Source of the DNA: Guillardia theta CCMP2712
Lineage: Eukaryota; Protista; Cryptophyta
DNA length: 64,000 bases
Assembly (NCBI RefSeq): GCF_000315625.1
Contig: NW_005434661.1
Location: 72,956 to 136,955, forward strand
Reading direction: 5' to 3'
The translations under genes and the position numbers were made by a program. Shown one piece after another: positions 52,939 through 63,620 of this stretch (position 1 is its first letter; each line of letters starts with the position of its first letter). A model generated the notes under the pieces. It made no database searches. It was not told the DNA's origin and saw only the letters and a list, made by a program, of their open reading frames with translations.

Positions 52939-55900
52939 TCAGGGCCTCTTTCTCTCTCCCTGCTTCCTCTCCAGGTTGAGGAGAAACGCGACAGCAGCCT
53001 TGGTGCCGTACTGGAGGTAACGGAAAGTTTGCCGTGCTTCCTCGTCCATGTCCTGCCCCTCCTGGGTCCGATGGGTGAGAGGCATGACGACGAGCTGCGG
53101 TGAGATCAGGGGAAGCATGAAGCCGGCGCAGCACCTGAGAGGCAGGGAGGACTTTGGTGAGGATGGAAGGGAGAGCGCTGGAGCACCCTTCATAGATGAC
53201 CTGAGGCTCCTTGCGGTAGGCTAGCCGCATGGAATCGGAGAGAGCCTGAGGAGAGGAGGAGGATGAGAAAGGCAGAGTGAGGAGGAAGAGTCGACGCTTG
53301 CCTGGTACAAGGGCGTCTCACGATCTACTTCCCAGGCAGGCCAATGGGTCTGAGCATTGAGCTTGATCTGCCGCAGCTTCAGAGATCAACAGCGCAGAGG
53401 AAGAGGAAGCGAGAGCAGGGAGCAACGGCTGAGAGGAGGGCAGCAGGATCAGAGAATGTCGCACTTCACAAGCTGTGTTCATGATGTTGGCTCCGCGGAA
53501 GAATTGCTGCGTCACTGCCTTGCTAACCTGCACCCCAGCTCAGCTCCAGCAATTCTGTTGAGCCAGGCACCAGCTCGTGATCCACTCCAATTGGGTACCT
53601 GACGCTCAACCTCGCCAAGGGCTTGCTGGGAATCACCTGAGGTCGGCTACTCAGCGATGTCGAGCCCTCAAACTCCCCGTTTCCCCTCCATCCGTCCCTT
53701 TCTCCCCCCTCCTCCACTCCATCCTCCTTCACCTCTATCCTCTCCTCCCCCCTCCTCCCATCCCTTGTCCTCTTTGCCCTCCCCACTCCCCTCCTTCCTC
53801 ACAGTTCGCATCGCCTCGTTGTCGCAGCCGGTGGAGATGCTGTGGAAGGACAGGGAGGGCTGGAACCACGCGCGAGCCAGCATGTCCTTCTTCTCGAAGA
53901 CGCTGCTGTCGAGCTGGGGCTCTACATCTCTCCAGGACTCTGGCAGCTCCTGATCCTGGAAGAGGGGGATCAGAGACAGACAGGAAGACGGACTGAGGAC
54001 GGGGTGGGGGACGAGGGAAGACCTCTTGAAAGAAGTCCAGCTCCTGGATTATCTTCTGGTGCTTCGGATCCAATTGCCAGTCTTGCAGCTCAGGAACTTT
54101 GCGGGATCGTCAGATTCCTCCTCGTCCCCTCCTCCTTCCTCTCCTCTCTCCTTTCCTTCTCCTCCTCTTCCTTCCTCGCGGCATCCTCCCCTCCCAAGAG
54201 CACCTGCGATGGATCCATTGGGGTGGACCAGTGAGCTGCAGAACAAGTGGATCAGAGGGAAGCATCGAAACAGACAGACAGGAAGACAGACAAACACACA
54301 TACACATAGTCTTAACACGCAGCTACCTGAGCGCGTGCACGAGGGCCGCGAGCGGCTCCATCAAGACTCCGCCGAAGTAGCCGGAGTGGAGGTCAGCGAA
54401 CTGAGCCTGGCGCAAGCGAGTAAAGGAGTCAACCGCAGCAGAACTGAGAGGAGGGAGAGGAGAAGTGCGGGGAATGGGAGAGGGAGGGGTGGGGGGGCGG
54501 CAAGCAGTGGATGGAAGAGGTGATGAACATTGCGAACCTGCGCTTTTGCAAAGAATGTGGAAAGTCCGCGATAGCCATGGATGATGGCAGGCTGGAAAAG
54601 AATGAGGAGGGAGGGAGGGAGAGGAGAGGAGAGGAGAGGAGAGGAGAGGAGAGGAGAGGAGAGGAGAGGAGAGGAGAGGAGAGAAGAGGAGAGGAGAGGA
54701 GAAAACCTTGTATGACTGCAAGAAGCTCTGAAAGTCGCAGTCAAAGGAAGAGAACATGAAAGCAGACTTGCAGGTGAGAGCAGGAGAAGAGGGGTGGAAA
54801 AGAGAAGAAGGAGGGGTAGCAAAGGGAAGAACGGGGAGGAGAACGCAGTCTTACTCCATCCATGATCACGACACCAGCGTTCTTCGAGGATAGATGGCGC
54901 GACTTGACGAGGCGCTGAAGGGCTCGAGGAGAAATCATTCCTTGCCTCACATGGACCTCACTAGCTGACGTACCTTTCTCTAGTAACGTCGTATGCGCCT
55001 CCTCCAGACAGTCGATGATGATCTCAACTTTGAAGGGGAGCGGCAGCTGGAGTTCTGCAGGCAAGTCACAGTTCCCCTCCCCTCTCTCCTCCTTCAACTT
55101 CTTATCGCTGCAATCGCGACAATCCACACCAGCATCTTGGCGACATCTCCGCCATACCTGCATGGAGATGATAAGAGCACCTTCAACACGCAGACATCGC
55201 ATGCCCTTCAACCAAACACCTCTCCCTTCCTCGCCCCTCGCGCCAGCTCACCTGAGCTTCGACAAGTTCACGTCCGAGTTCTCTATCAGGGAAGCGTCGC
55301 CGTCAGCGATGATCTCAGTGTCTGCCATCCCCGAGAGAAAGAGAGGCTCTGACAGCAAGAGTCAGAGCAGCACCTTCTTACAGCTCGTCCTCACGGATAT
55401 GAGCGTACACGACGAGCGAGCTCTTGGAAGACGCCTCATCCTGCTCGAAGCTGGCAACAAGGACCTCGGGCAGGTTCTCATAGAACATCTCTGCGGGCAA
55501 CATCAGGGCCTCCAGCATTCGACCAGCAGCCACGTCGTAGTGAGATCACCGGAGGAGTTGGGGTATAAGAGAGCAGCCTTGTCAACAGCCGGCAGGCTGT
55601 TGAAGTCATCGGGGATGTGCATGTCGTGGAATTTCCTTCCAAGAGGGCATGTCAAGGGGCAACTTTGTCACTGACGTCTCGTCTCCTCACTGTGATAACT
55701 TGAGCCGTTGTCTCCCTGTCGGAGCTGAGTGAACTGTCGCTCCAACCTTGTCGAGAAACATCTTCATCGCTTCGATGGTCTGTTTGACATTGTGATTCAC
55801 TTCTTCTCTTCAATCCCTCCCCTCCCGATCCTTTCTCCTCCCTCCTCCTCTCCTCCATCATCACCATCATCACCTCCTCCTCCCCGCCCCTCAACCCTCC

Positions 55901-57920
55901 TCCTCCTCTTCCTCCTCCTCCTACTTTCTCCAAACTTCCCAGCTTCTGATTTCCTCTTATCCATCCGGCCTCGACTGCTTCTCCTCTCTTCCTCCTCCTT
56001 GGCCTCTCCACTTCTGTTTCCTCCAATCCTCCATCGATATGATCCTCTCACACCCCACGCTCCTCTCCTCCGGCACCGTAGTTCCGTTGCCCGCGCAAGA
56101 GTCTGCAAGCGTCATCCAGGTGCGGTAAATCTCACTCTCCATCTTGTCGATCTCAGACCAGGCGTCCTGCAGGCAAGGATCATTCAGACAAGCAAACTTC
56201 AACCTCCATTCCCTGTCTCTCAGTATCCTTCACTGCTTCTGCAGAACAGCTTGCACATGTTTCTCCAACACAAATACATCTTGTTTCCCATCTCTTCCCT
56301 ACTTCCCAATTTTCCTCCTCAACAAACCAGCCACCAGAAACAAGAATTCGATACTTTTACCTCCAGGTGGGGAAAGTCCTTGATCTCGTCGAGGAAATTT
56401 TTGAGGTCAAGATACTCTGCGAAGATATCAGCACAACTCAGCGTCATATCTCCAATGTGTCGCACTCTCTTCTCCATTGACTTCAAACCTGCCAGGTCTG
56501 CTCTTGTCCAACCACTGCATATCTGATCAGCACTGGCAAACTACTCCCTCCCTCCCTCCATATGTCCCTCCCCTCCCCTCCCCTCCCCTCCCCTCCTCAA
56601 CTCTCCCTCTTCCTACCAATGTCCCATCGTATGAAATGTTAGAAGCTATGAAGTGAGACTCTTGCGCCATGGCTTCATGACCTCAGTCAGCAACGAGCAG
56701 GCAGGGCTTGCAATTCGTTACCAGACGCAAACACTGCTGGGTTTCTTAGCAGAGCGCTGTCCTTCACCGTCAGCGTACATGCATCATGCATGCAGACTGC
56801 GACGAATTCGTTCTAGCACGACCCTGAGCACGGAAAAGGAGCCATGGCAGTCGTACCTCGAAGAGGAAGCAGTTGCTCACGTATGCCTTAGCCCGTCCAC
56901 CGATCCTCAGCCCTGCCGAAGAGAACAGCCCGCAGTCCTGTGCACGTCTGAGCGAGCAGCTCGTAGCACACGCCATGCTCACTTGGATGGTGCAGTCTTT
57001 CAAGGTAACGTCGGAGGAGCCCATGGCAACGACTCCATCCGTTGCCATGTCTGGCAGGAAACAACCATCTCAGTTCATCCAGAAGTCAGGACTCATCATG
57101 GTTGACCTATTCTCAAGTTGGAATCATCGCACTGCTTTCCAAAGCCCCCGATCAAACTAAATTGCAACATCACTCTCAATAAAAGACGATGGAACGCAAA
57201 CCAGTTCGAGATCTCAACCAACGAACTCTCATCGCATCTGGAAACTTCTCAAAACAGAAATCCAGGCTCACATACAAACGACAACCTGAGCACAACAAAC
57301 TCATTGCTATGCAGGATACAATTGCTCAACTTCCAGGGTCCCCCAAGAATCTTGACTCCTGCTCGTTGTCATTCACCACATTGAGGTCAGGGCCGGCCCC
57401 TCCTTGCCTGCTTCTTGACAGATGAAGGTGCTGATAACAGTCTTCCATTGAAGAGCGTGCCTGAGCAGCATGTAAACATCAGGCATGGTGCTGATAGTGG
57501 TACCAGGATCCTCTACTTCCTTCCTCGAGGCAGAGAGGTCCTGAGAGGGGGCACTCCTCTGCTCCGATAATCTTGAACTGTGCTTTCAGCGACACAACCT
57601 GATCTGCCGACCTGCATGAATGTCAAGCATGACAACAAGAGGAGAGGACGAAAGGGATTGCTCTACCACATCAGGTTCTCCTCCACCGCGTCCGGAGCTA
57701 TCCGAATCACCTGCTCCTCATCCCCCGCAGCATTCCCTGAGCGTTGGTTGGCGTATCGAACTGCTGATGCAAAGTGCTGCTCGTCAGAGGAGATGGTGAA
57801 TTCATGGTGTCCTCCTCCTCTGAGCCTCAGCCTTGCTGGGACACTGAGCGATGACATAGGAGCATGCTTCTCAGTCGTAAGGCAGCAAAGGAGGAGGATG
57901 AAGAGTCCGATCGCCTTCAT
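52939..57920 (-). CDS. Signal peptide + LRLRGG + right-handed beta-helix (pectin-lyase-like) region + degenerate M20 (CNDP2/Dug1-type) peptidase domain, multi-exon
   Basis: N-terminus MKAIGLFILLLCCL...ARLRLRGGG. Beta-helix rungs: GVKILGGPWKLSNCIL, GVVAMGSSDVTLKDCTIQDCG, GLRIGGRAKAYVSNCFL. M20 blocks: LPFKVEIIIDCLEE, ADLHSGYFGGVLMEPLAAL, MLARAWFQPSLSFHSI...RTVIPSKPLARLSVR, AYRKEPQVIYEG, YLQYGTKAAVAFL. Confidence 0.65.
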
Positions 57921-58838
57921 TGTCTGGGTACAGCCTTGCTCATGGAGGTCCGACCGAGAGAGAGATCGAGCATAGACAAGCAGCAGTCCAACATGTCAGG
58001 GTCCAGAGGAGAAGGGGAGCGGGAGCTACAAGGATGCATGTCGGGTCCTGGCCCCATCGGAACTTGCGCAGGACATGACCGGACCGGGACACCCGGCCCG
58101 GCCGGGGCCCGGGCCGTAGTCACCAGCTTCCTTTACTCCGAGTCCTCGCAGTGACCGTACTGGGGAATGGAGTCCTGCGCGCTGTTAAGTGAAGGTATCA
58201 GTTAAGTTTGGGGGACAGCAGTTGGCAGGATTAGGTTTGGTTCTCGCTGTCTTTTCTCTTCTCGCCGTTTGGCCCGGCAGTGCGATCGGACAGTGTCAGG
58301 GTTACTGAAGCCTCCTCGACTGAGAGTCTCCTACTGAAGTTGTCCTCGTACTGATCTTTAACTTAACTTTGAGTAAAGATTTTTAACCGTCTAACTTTGA
58401 GTAAAGAAGTCACACTGTAGTAAAATCATCGTAAACTTCCGTGACTCTCACAGGCTGCGCTGGTCACTGTCACCGCTTGGGGGGACTCGAACAACGGACG
58501 GGGGCTTGTCACGGACTCTGACTCACAACTTAAAAGCACACACCGCGCTCGCCACTGATGAGCCTCCGACACATTAAAAAGAAACAATTATTACCCAGAA
58601 CTTCTCACCGACTGCAAGAACTTATCCGGGTTCTTACAGGGGAGCAGCCACGATAGTACCTTCTTGGCTCACCCACCCCGAAGAGTAGGGTTCTTACACC
58701 AGCGTAATTATTAGAACTTAGAACTTATCCGGGCGTAATTATTAGTCATCATGTGCCTCCGAAACTATTCGGGGAGCAGCCACGATCAATCTCCTTGGCT
58801 GACCCATCCCGAAGAGTATCATGTTCAGATCTTGAGGG

Positions 58839-58846
58839 TATAAAAA
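58839..58846 (+). promoter_or_regulatory. TATA box of the RelA/SpoT-like gene
   Basis: GGGTATAAAAAGGGG about 60 nt upstream of the ATG, conserved in the duplicate (GGTATAAAAGGG at about 63554). Confidence 0.6.
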
Positions 58847-58900
58847 GGGGTTATATGAAGTTTACAGTAGAGTGTCGAAGTAAACATTCGTCGTAAAGCG

Positions 58901-60639
58901 ATGAGCCGCGCGATGGCGTGCGAGGGCGAGGAAGCCATGGAGCTGACGTGCGTCAGCGAGTCAAGTGAGCGAGAATCTGAAGCCCGAGGGACTCACAACA
59001 AACCTCTGGAGTTCTGCTACTTCTACACGCACTCGAAGGGCGACTTCCTCCAAAGCTGCATCCGGGAGAGGATAGTCTACAAGTACAAGCCCAGCGCCAT
59101 CTTCTTCTCGCCTGAGCCTCTGTCTGCCGTGCTGGCCTGGCCTCGAGCACAGTTAGCCCTGGCGCTGTTGAGTGCAACATGGTTGGTCTTCATCACACTG
59201 AAGCTGCAGTCAATCCAATCTGCAGGGTATTTCTCGCTGGTGAACGAGGAAGCGAGGGTGCGAGAGTTCTCGACGGCAGCTTTTGGACGGGACCGAGAGC
59301 TTGCCTGCTCGTGGGAGCTTGTCCTCGAAATGTTCATATCCTTCCTCCTGGGTGTCTCCGGGCTTCTGATCAGCATCCTTGCGCATACGAGTCGCATCGA
59401 GTTAGCTAAGCTGGTAAGTACATGGGTTAATTGACAGTCACCAAGAGACTGAGAGGATCGCAGTTGATGCTCGTCACCGGCTTTGTCGGCATCACGACCA
59501 ATTTCATCATCTTCGTCAAGCTGACGTTACAAGGCTCTGCCAGGAGTGGGCTGAGGACGCCGAGCTGGTTCTTTTTAGTGAACGTGATGACGGTAAGTTG
59601 TGTGCGAGTGCTGGGAGCGACGCTGAGGTCACCCTGCAGGACGTGCTTTTGTTTCCTATGCCGCTGGCAGTGAACGAGAGCTGGGTGGTGGAGCTAGTGC
59701 TGCTGGACAGCATAGTCCACCTGAGTGTGGAGTTTGCGGACGGACAGCTGCCATACTTGTACATGCTGATGGCAACCGTTGCCCTCAGCTTTCTGCTGGC
59801 GCGCGAGCGTATGAGATGGCGAGTGCTGCGGGAGATGCGTCAGGAACAAGAAGGAGCGTGGGAGGAAGAATGGATGAAGATGCGAGGCAGCTGGGCTCTC
59901 CGGTCTCTGACGAAGGCTCTTCGAGTTGGGCCCGACTATCGGTCGTTTGCGTTCGGGTCTTTTGGTCCGATCGTCATAGTGAGCTCAGAACGTCGTCAGG
60001 ATGAGGAGGCAGAGCTGGATTACATCCCGGCTTGCAACCCCAAGACCAACACGAAGGTGCAGACGTCACCTGACAGCCTCGACCAGCTCTACGCTCAGGC
60101 GATCCTCATCGAGCCTGTCTTCCTCCTCAAGGTCCAGGCCCTCGCCTTCGCGTCCGACGGCTACTTCCCTCTTGACAGCTGCCAGGACAGCTCCCCCGAG
60201 TACGTGCGATGGCGAGACGCGGTGAGGGACGACACGCTAGCAGACAGGGTGAGGTGGGCAGCCATCAAGAGCGCCTCTAGAGCCATCGAGAAGCTTGTGC
60301 GCGCATACAACTTTGTCAGAGCTCACGGATGTGGTGCGGCAGACGATTGTGTTTGCGGGGCTGGAGGAGCTGCTGCTGGGGGTGAAGGCGGTGCTGGACG
60401 ACCCGGAGCTGGAGGTGGTGAGGATCAAGAACAGGCTCGATCCAGGCTTCGACTCGACGCTGTCGGGGGGGTACCGGGACGTGGCGATCAACGTACGAGT
60501 AGTGAGTGACGAGACGAGGAGGAGAGGGGTAGAGGGACACGTGTGCGAGCTTCAGCTGATCCTCCAAGACTTCCATGCCCTCAAGTCCATGGACGGACAC
60601 AAGAGGTACGTGCAGTTCCGCAACATCCGGTGTGAGTGA
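58901..60639 (+). pseudogene. Multi-pass membrane protein with a C-terminal RelA/SpoT-like synthetase (Pol-beta NTase) domain; frameshift at about 60315
   Basis: Introns at 59414-59463 and 59593-59639; about 5-6 hydrophobic helices. Motifs: IKSASRAIEKLVRAY / LTDVVRQTIVF, VVRIKNRL, GGYRDVAINV, HVCELQL, GHKRYVQFR. The frame changes at TTT-G-TCA with no room for an intron. Confidence 0.75.
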
Positions 60640-60802
60640 CGTCGAGGGCGGAGCCTCTCGCCGGGCAGTGAGAGAGGAGGGGCTTAAAGTCGAGCTTAGT
60701 AAACAAGACTGAGAGGCATCAGCTGTACACTTACCTCTCCTTTCCGAGGCCTGCCCTCGGAGCCTGAGTCGCCGCAATCCGTACTCAGTCGGACGTCATC
60801 CT

Positions 60803-60965
60803 ACCGCGTCCGGAGCTATCCGAATCACCTGCGCCTCATCCCCCGCAGCATTCCCTGAGCGTTGGTTGGCGTATCGAACTGCTGATGCAAAGTGCTGCTC
60901 GTCAGAGGAGATGGTGAATTCATGGTGTCCTCCTCCTCTGAGCCTCAGCCTTGCTGGGACACTGA
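60803..60965 (-). pseudogene. Duplicated fragment of exon 1 of the beta-helix/M20 gene (no ATG or signal peptide)
   Basis: 163-bp near-identical copy of 57685-57847. Confidence 0.85.
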
Positions 60966-60985
60966 CCCGCATGATATACGAGCAT

Positions 60986-62612
60986 TGTTGTATCGATGAG
61001 GATCCGGAACCACGGATACTCGTCGGATATTTCCCACCATCGCCACCATCGCCACGGCGGCTATCTCAGATCGCCGATCCCTTGTGCGTGAAGTAGTTTA
61101 CCTCCTGGCAGTAAACTTAGAGACTTCTATCTTCTGCTTCTCTATCTTCTTCATCCTTTCTTTACTCGTGTCGTTAACAATCTCTGTGTTGTGTATGCAA
61201 CATTCTGGAAGCGAAGTGGTTGATTCATGACCTCGAAACAAGGCACTCAGCCTCGATCTAAGCAATCAGGAGCATTTCAAACTGAAATTGCTGAAGAGAG
61301 TTCTGAGGAAGACTCTGAGTCGAATGGAGCGAGCGGCAGCAGCAGCAGCAGCTTTCTCCGAGTCAGACTAGTGGATCTTTGACTCAAACTTATAGAGATG
61401 GAGATGTCCCCTGCGAAGTATTCTGCGATCAGAGGAGGCAACTCAGAGAGCAACCGCCTCCCCTGCAACATCGGTACGTCTGCCAAGCTCGGAAAAGTTT
61501 TCATCCGACCTCGTCATGTCACTCGCCAGTGGCGCAGGACCGAGCTCTTCTCCTTCTTCGTCGAATGTATGCCCTCCTGGCTGACACCACGCAGGACGAG
61601 CATTTCCACATCAGTGCTCGACGAGTTTGAGACAGCAGATGCTGCTGCAACACCGGAGCTCCCGCCTCTCGCACGGAAAGTCACCCTGCTAGATGCGAAT
61701 GCTGATATCTATTCAGCTGAGGAATCAGCTAGCGCTGAATCCTCTGATCAGGAACCAGTCCTCTCCAATCGGACTCTCGTGAATTTGCTGACGAACGGGG
61801 AGTCCAAGAGTTTCAATTCCAGTCGCATTCCGCTCTGTTGAAGAAGTGTTGAACCGCGAATTGATCGCTGATGGCAAGCGATTGCAACTCGCAAATGGGT
61901 CAAAAGCATCACGCCGCTGTTCACCAACGAAGTAATGGTGGTGGTAGAACGCAAGTACGGCAAGAGCCTCGAAGCAATCAACAGGCTCAAACGGGATGAA
62001 TTTTCAACTTATCTTAGTTCATGTCTAGCCTCGATGCGGAAAGCCAAAAAATATCCGAGACTCAGCTTGATCAGCTCAAGCAGCAGCCCAACGAATCCGC
62101 CTGGGCGTACTTGACTCGCGCCACAACGCTCTTCGCTACCGTGCGGCTCGAGTCGCAACTTGAAGTCGGGTCAGCTATCTTGTATTTCAATGATCAGCCA
62201 CTCCGGAAATTCATCAAAGGAGCCCTCTCCGAGCAAGGACTTCAGCCTCGACCGTCCCAAGTCAGCTCAAGCCGCATCCCCCTTCATCTTGAAGGAGAAC
62301 TCCAGGCTACCATCGCGTACATGCTCGATACTGCTGCGACCTTCGCCGCTTGAACCAAGCCGTTTTGAATCAGCAGACCGCCGCAACTCCTACCGTCGAT
62401 GAGATGTTGGAAAATCGGATTGCAGCGCGTTCCAGAATCTGGACGAAAAGATGGCAGCGTTGTCGCTGATAAGGACTTGAGGAAGGCTTTGGGATCGAAG
62501 CACGGTTTCGGATGAATTTTTGAGCAGCTTGTTCAGAGTGAGCCTGAGAAGTAAACTACCGGCGTACGCACAACCACCACATACTTGTCTATCTTCTTCA
62601 TCCTTACTTTAC
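60986..62612 (+). mobile_element. Degenerate LTR-retrotransposon remnant (gag-like) inside duplication unit 2
   Basis: Absent from unit 1. Broken ORFs include QLDQLKQQPNESAWAYLTR (gag Q-x3-E-S-x3-Y-x2-R motif). 60986-61179 is bounded TGTT...AACA. TCTATCTTCTTCATCCTT(T/A)CTTTAC is repeated at about 61141 and 62588. Confidence 0.6.
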
Positions 62613-63620
62613 GAGAGAGATCGAGCACAGATACTTCTTTACTAGTAAGCAGCACGCGGCAGTCCAAGATGTCAGGGTCTAGAGGAGCCTGAAGGCCCGG
62701 AGAGCTACACTGAGGATGCATGTCGTGTCTGGGCCCCATCGGAACGGGGGCCGTTGTGACTGCGGTGCAGGACATGACCGGACACAGTGCCTCAGTGGCC
62801 GCCCGGGCCGGGCCGGGCCGCCGGCGGGCTGCAGGCCGAGCTTCCTGATAGTACTCGGCATCTTTCAGTGACTCAAAGTTAAAAGGAGGACAATCCTTTA
62901 CTCAAAGTTAAGTTAAAAATCAGTTTACTGTGGCACTGGCCAAACCTTTTTTACCGTGGCTCGGACTCAGTAGTGAGATTGAGTAAAGAAGTTAAAAAGA
63001 AAGTAATAAACGTGGCCACTGTAGTAAAATCCGATGATCATCGTAAACTTCCGTGACAGGCTGCGCCATAACAACGGACGGGGGCTTGGAATTTTACTAA
63101 CTTATGAACTGCGATGCCTGAATCGCAGACAGCCGGGCCGTGCCATTAGCCGGTTCCCCAAAGCCCCCCAGGCTTCGGGGGCCCTGGCTCCGACCTCCAG
63201 GCTCGCCGATTTCCTAAGTCTCAACATAATCAATTCTATCATGCTCGCGGCAGTGAGCTTCAGCTTCGGCGTCCACTGAAGAGCCTCCCGAGTCCGACAC
63301 ATTAAAAAGAAACAATTAACCAGAACTTCTCACCGACTGCAAGAACTTATCCGGGTTCTTACCACGGCACGATATCTTGGCTCACCCATTGCCCCGTAGA
63401 GTAGGGGCTTTTATAGTTACTGATTTTTAACTCAACTTTGAGTAAAAGGTTCAACGGCTCATACACCAGCGTAATTATTATTAGAACTTGCCGGGCGTAA
63501 TTGGTCATCGGTGCCTCCGAAACCATTCGCAGGGGGAGCGGCCACGATCAATCGGTATAAAAGGGATTATATGAAGTTGACAGTAGCAGAGTATTGAAGT
63601 AAACATTCGTCGTAAAGCGG

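Larger units (their letters stand above)
57685..60802 (+). repeat. Unit 1 of a ~3.1-kb tandem segmental duplication (unit 2 runs from 60803 beyond 64000)
   Basis: 57685-57847 matches 60803-60965 almost exactly; 57955-58900 matches 62612-63620 with many indels; 58901-59280 matches 63621-64000 with about 6 substitutions. Confidence 0.9.

Noticed and set aside
54860-55060. ISPRALQRLV...VVIMDG as DEAD-box helicase motifs
   Set aside because: No Walker A motif, and the neighbouring blocks fit the M20 peptidase order much better.
62405-62612. Complete 3' LTR of the retroelement
   Set aside because: Only about 26 bp match the putative 5' LTR, and no pol, PBS or target-site duplication is visible, so it is reported only as a remnant.
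42173-63447. 29-bp repeat as a CRISPR repeat
   Set aside because: Copies are dispersed, in both orientations and irregularly spaced. There are no cas genes and the DNA is eukaryotic.
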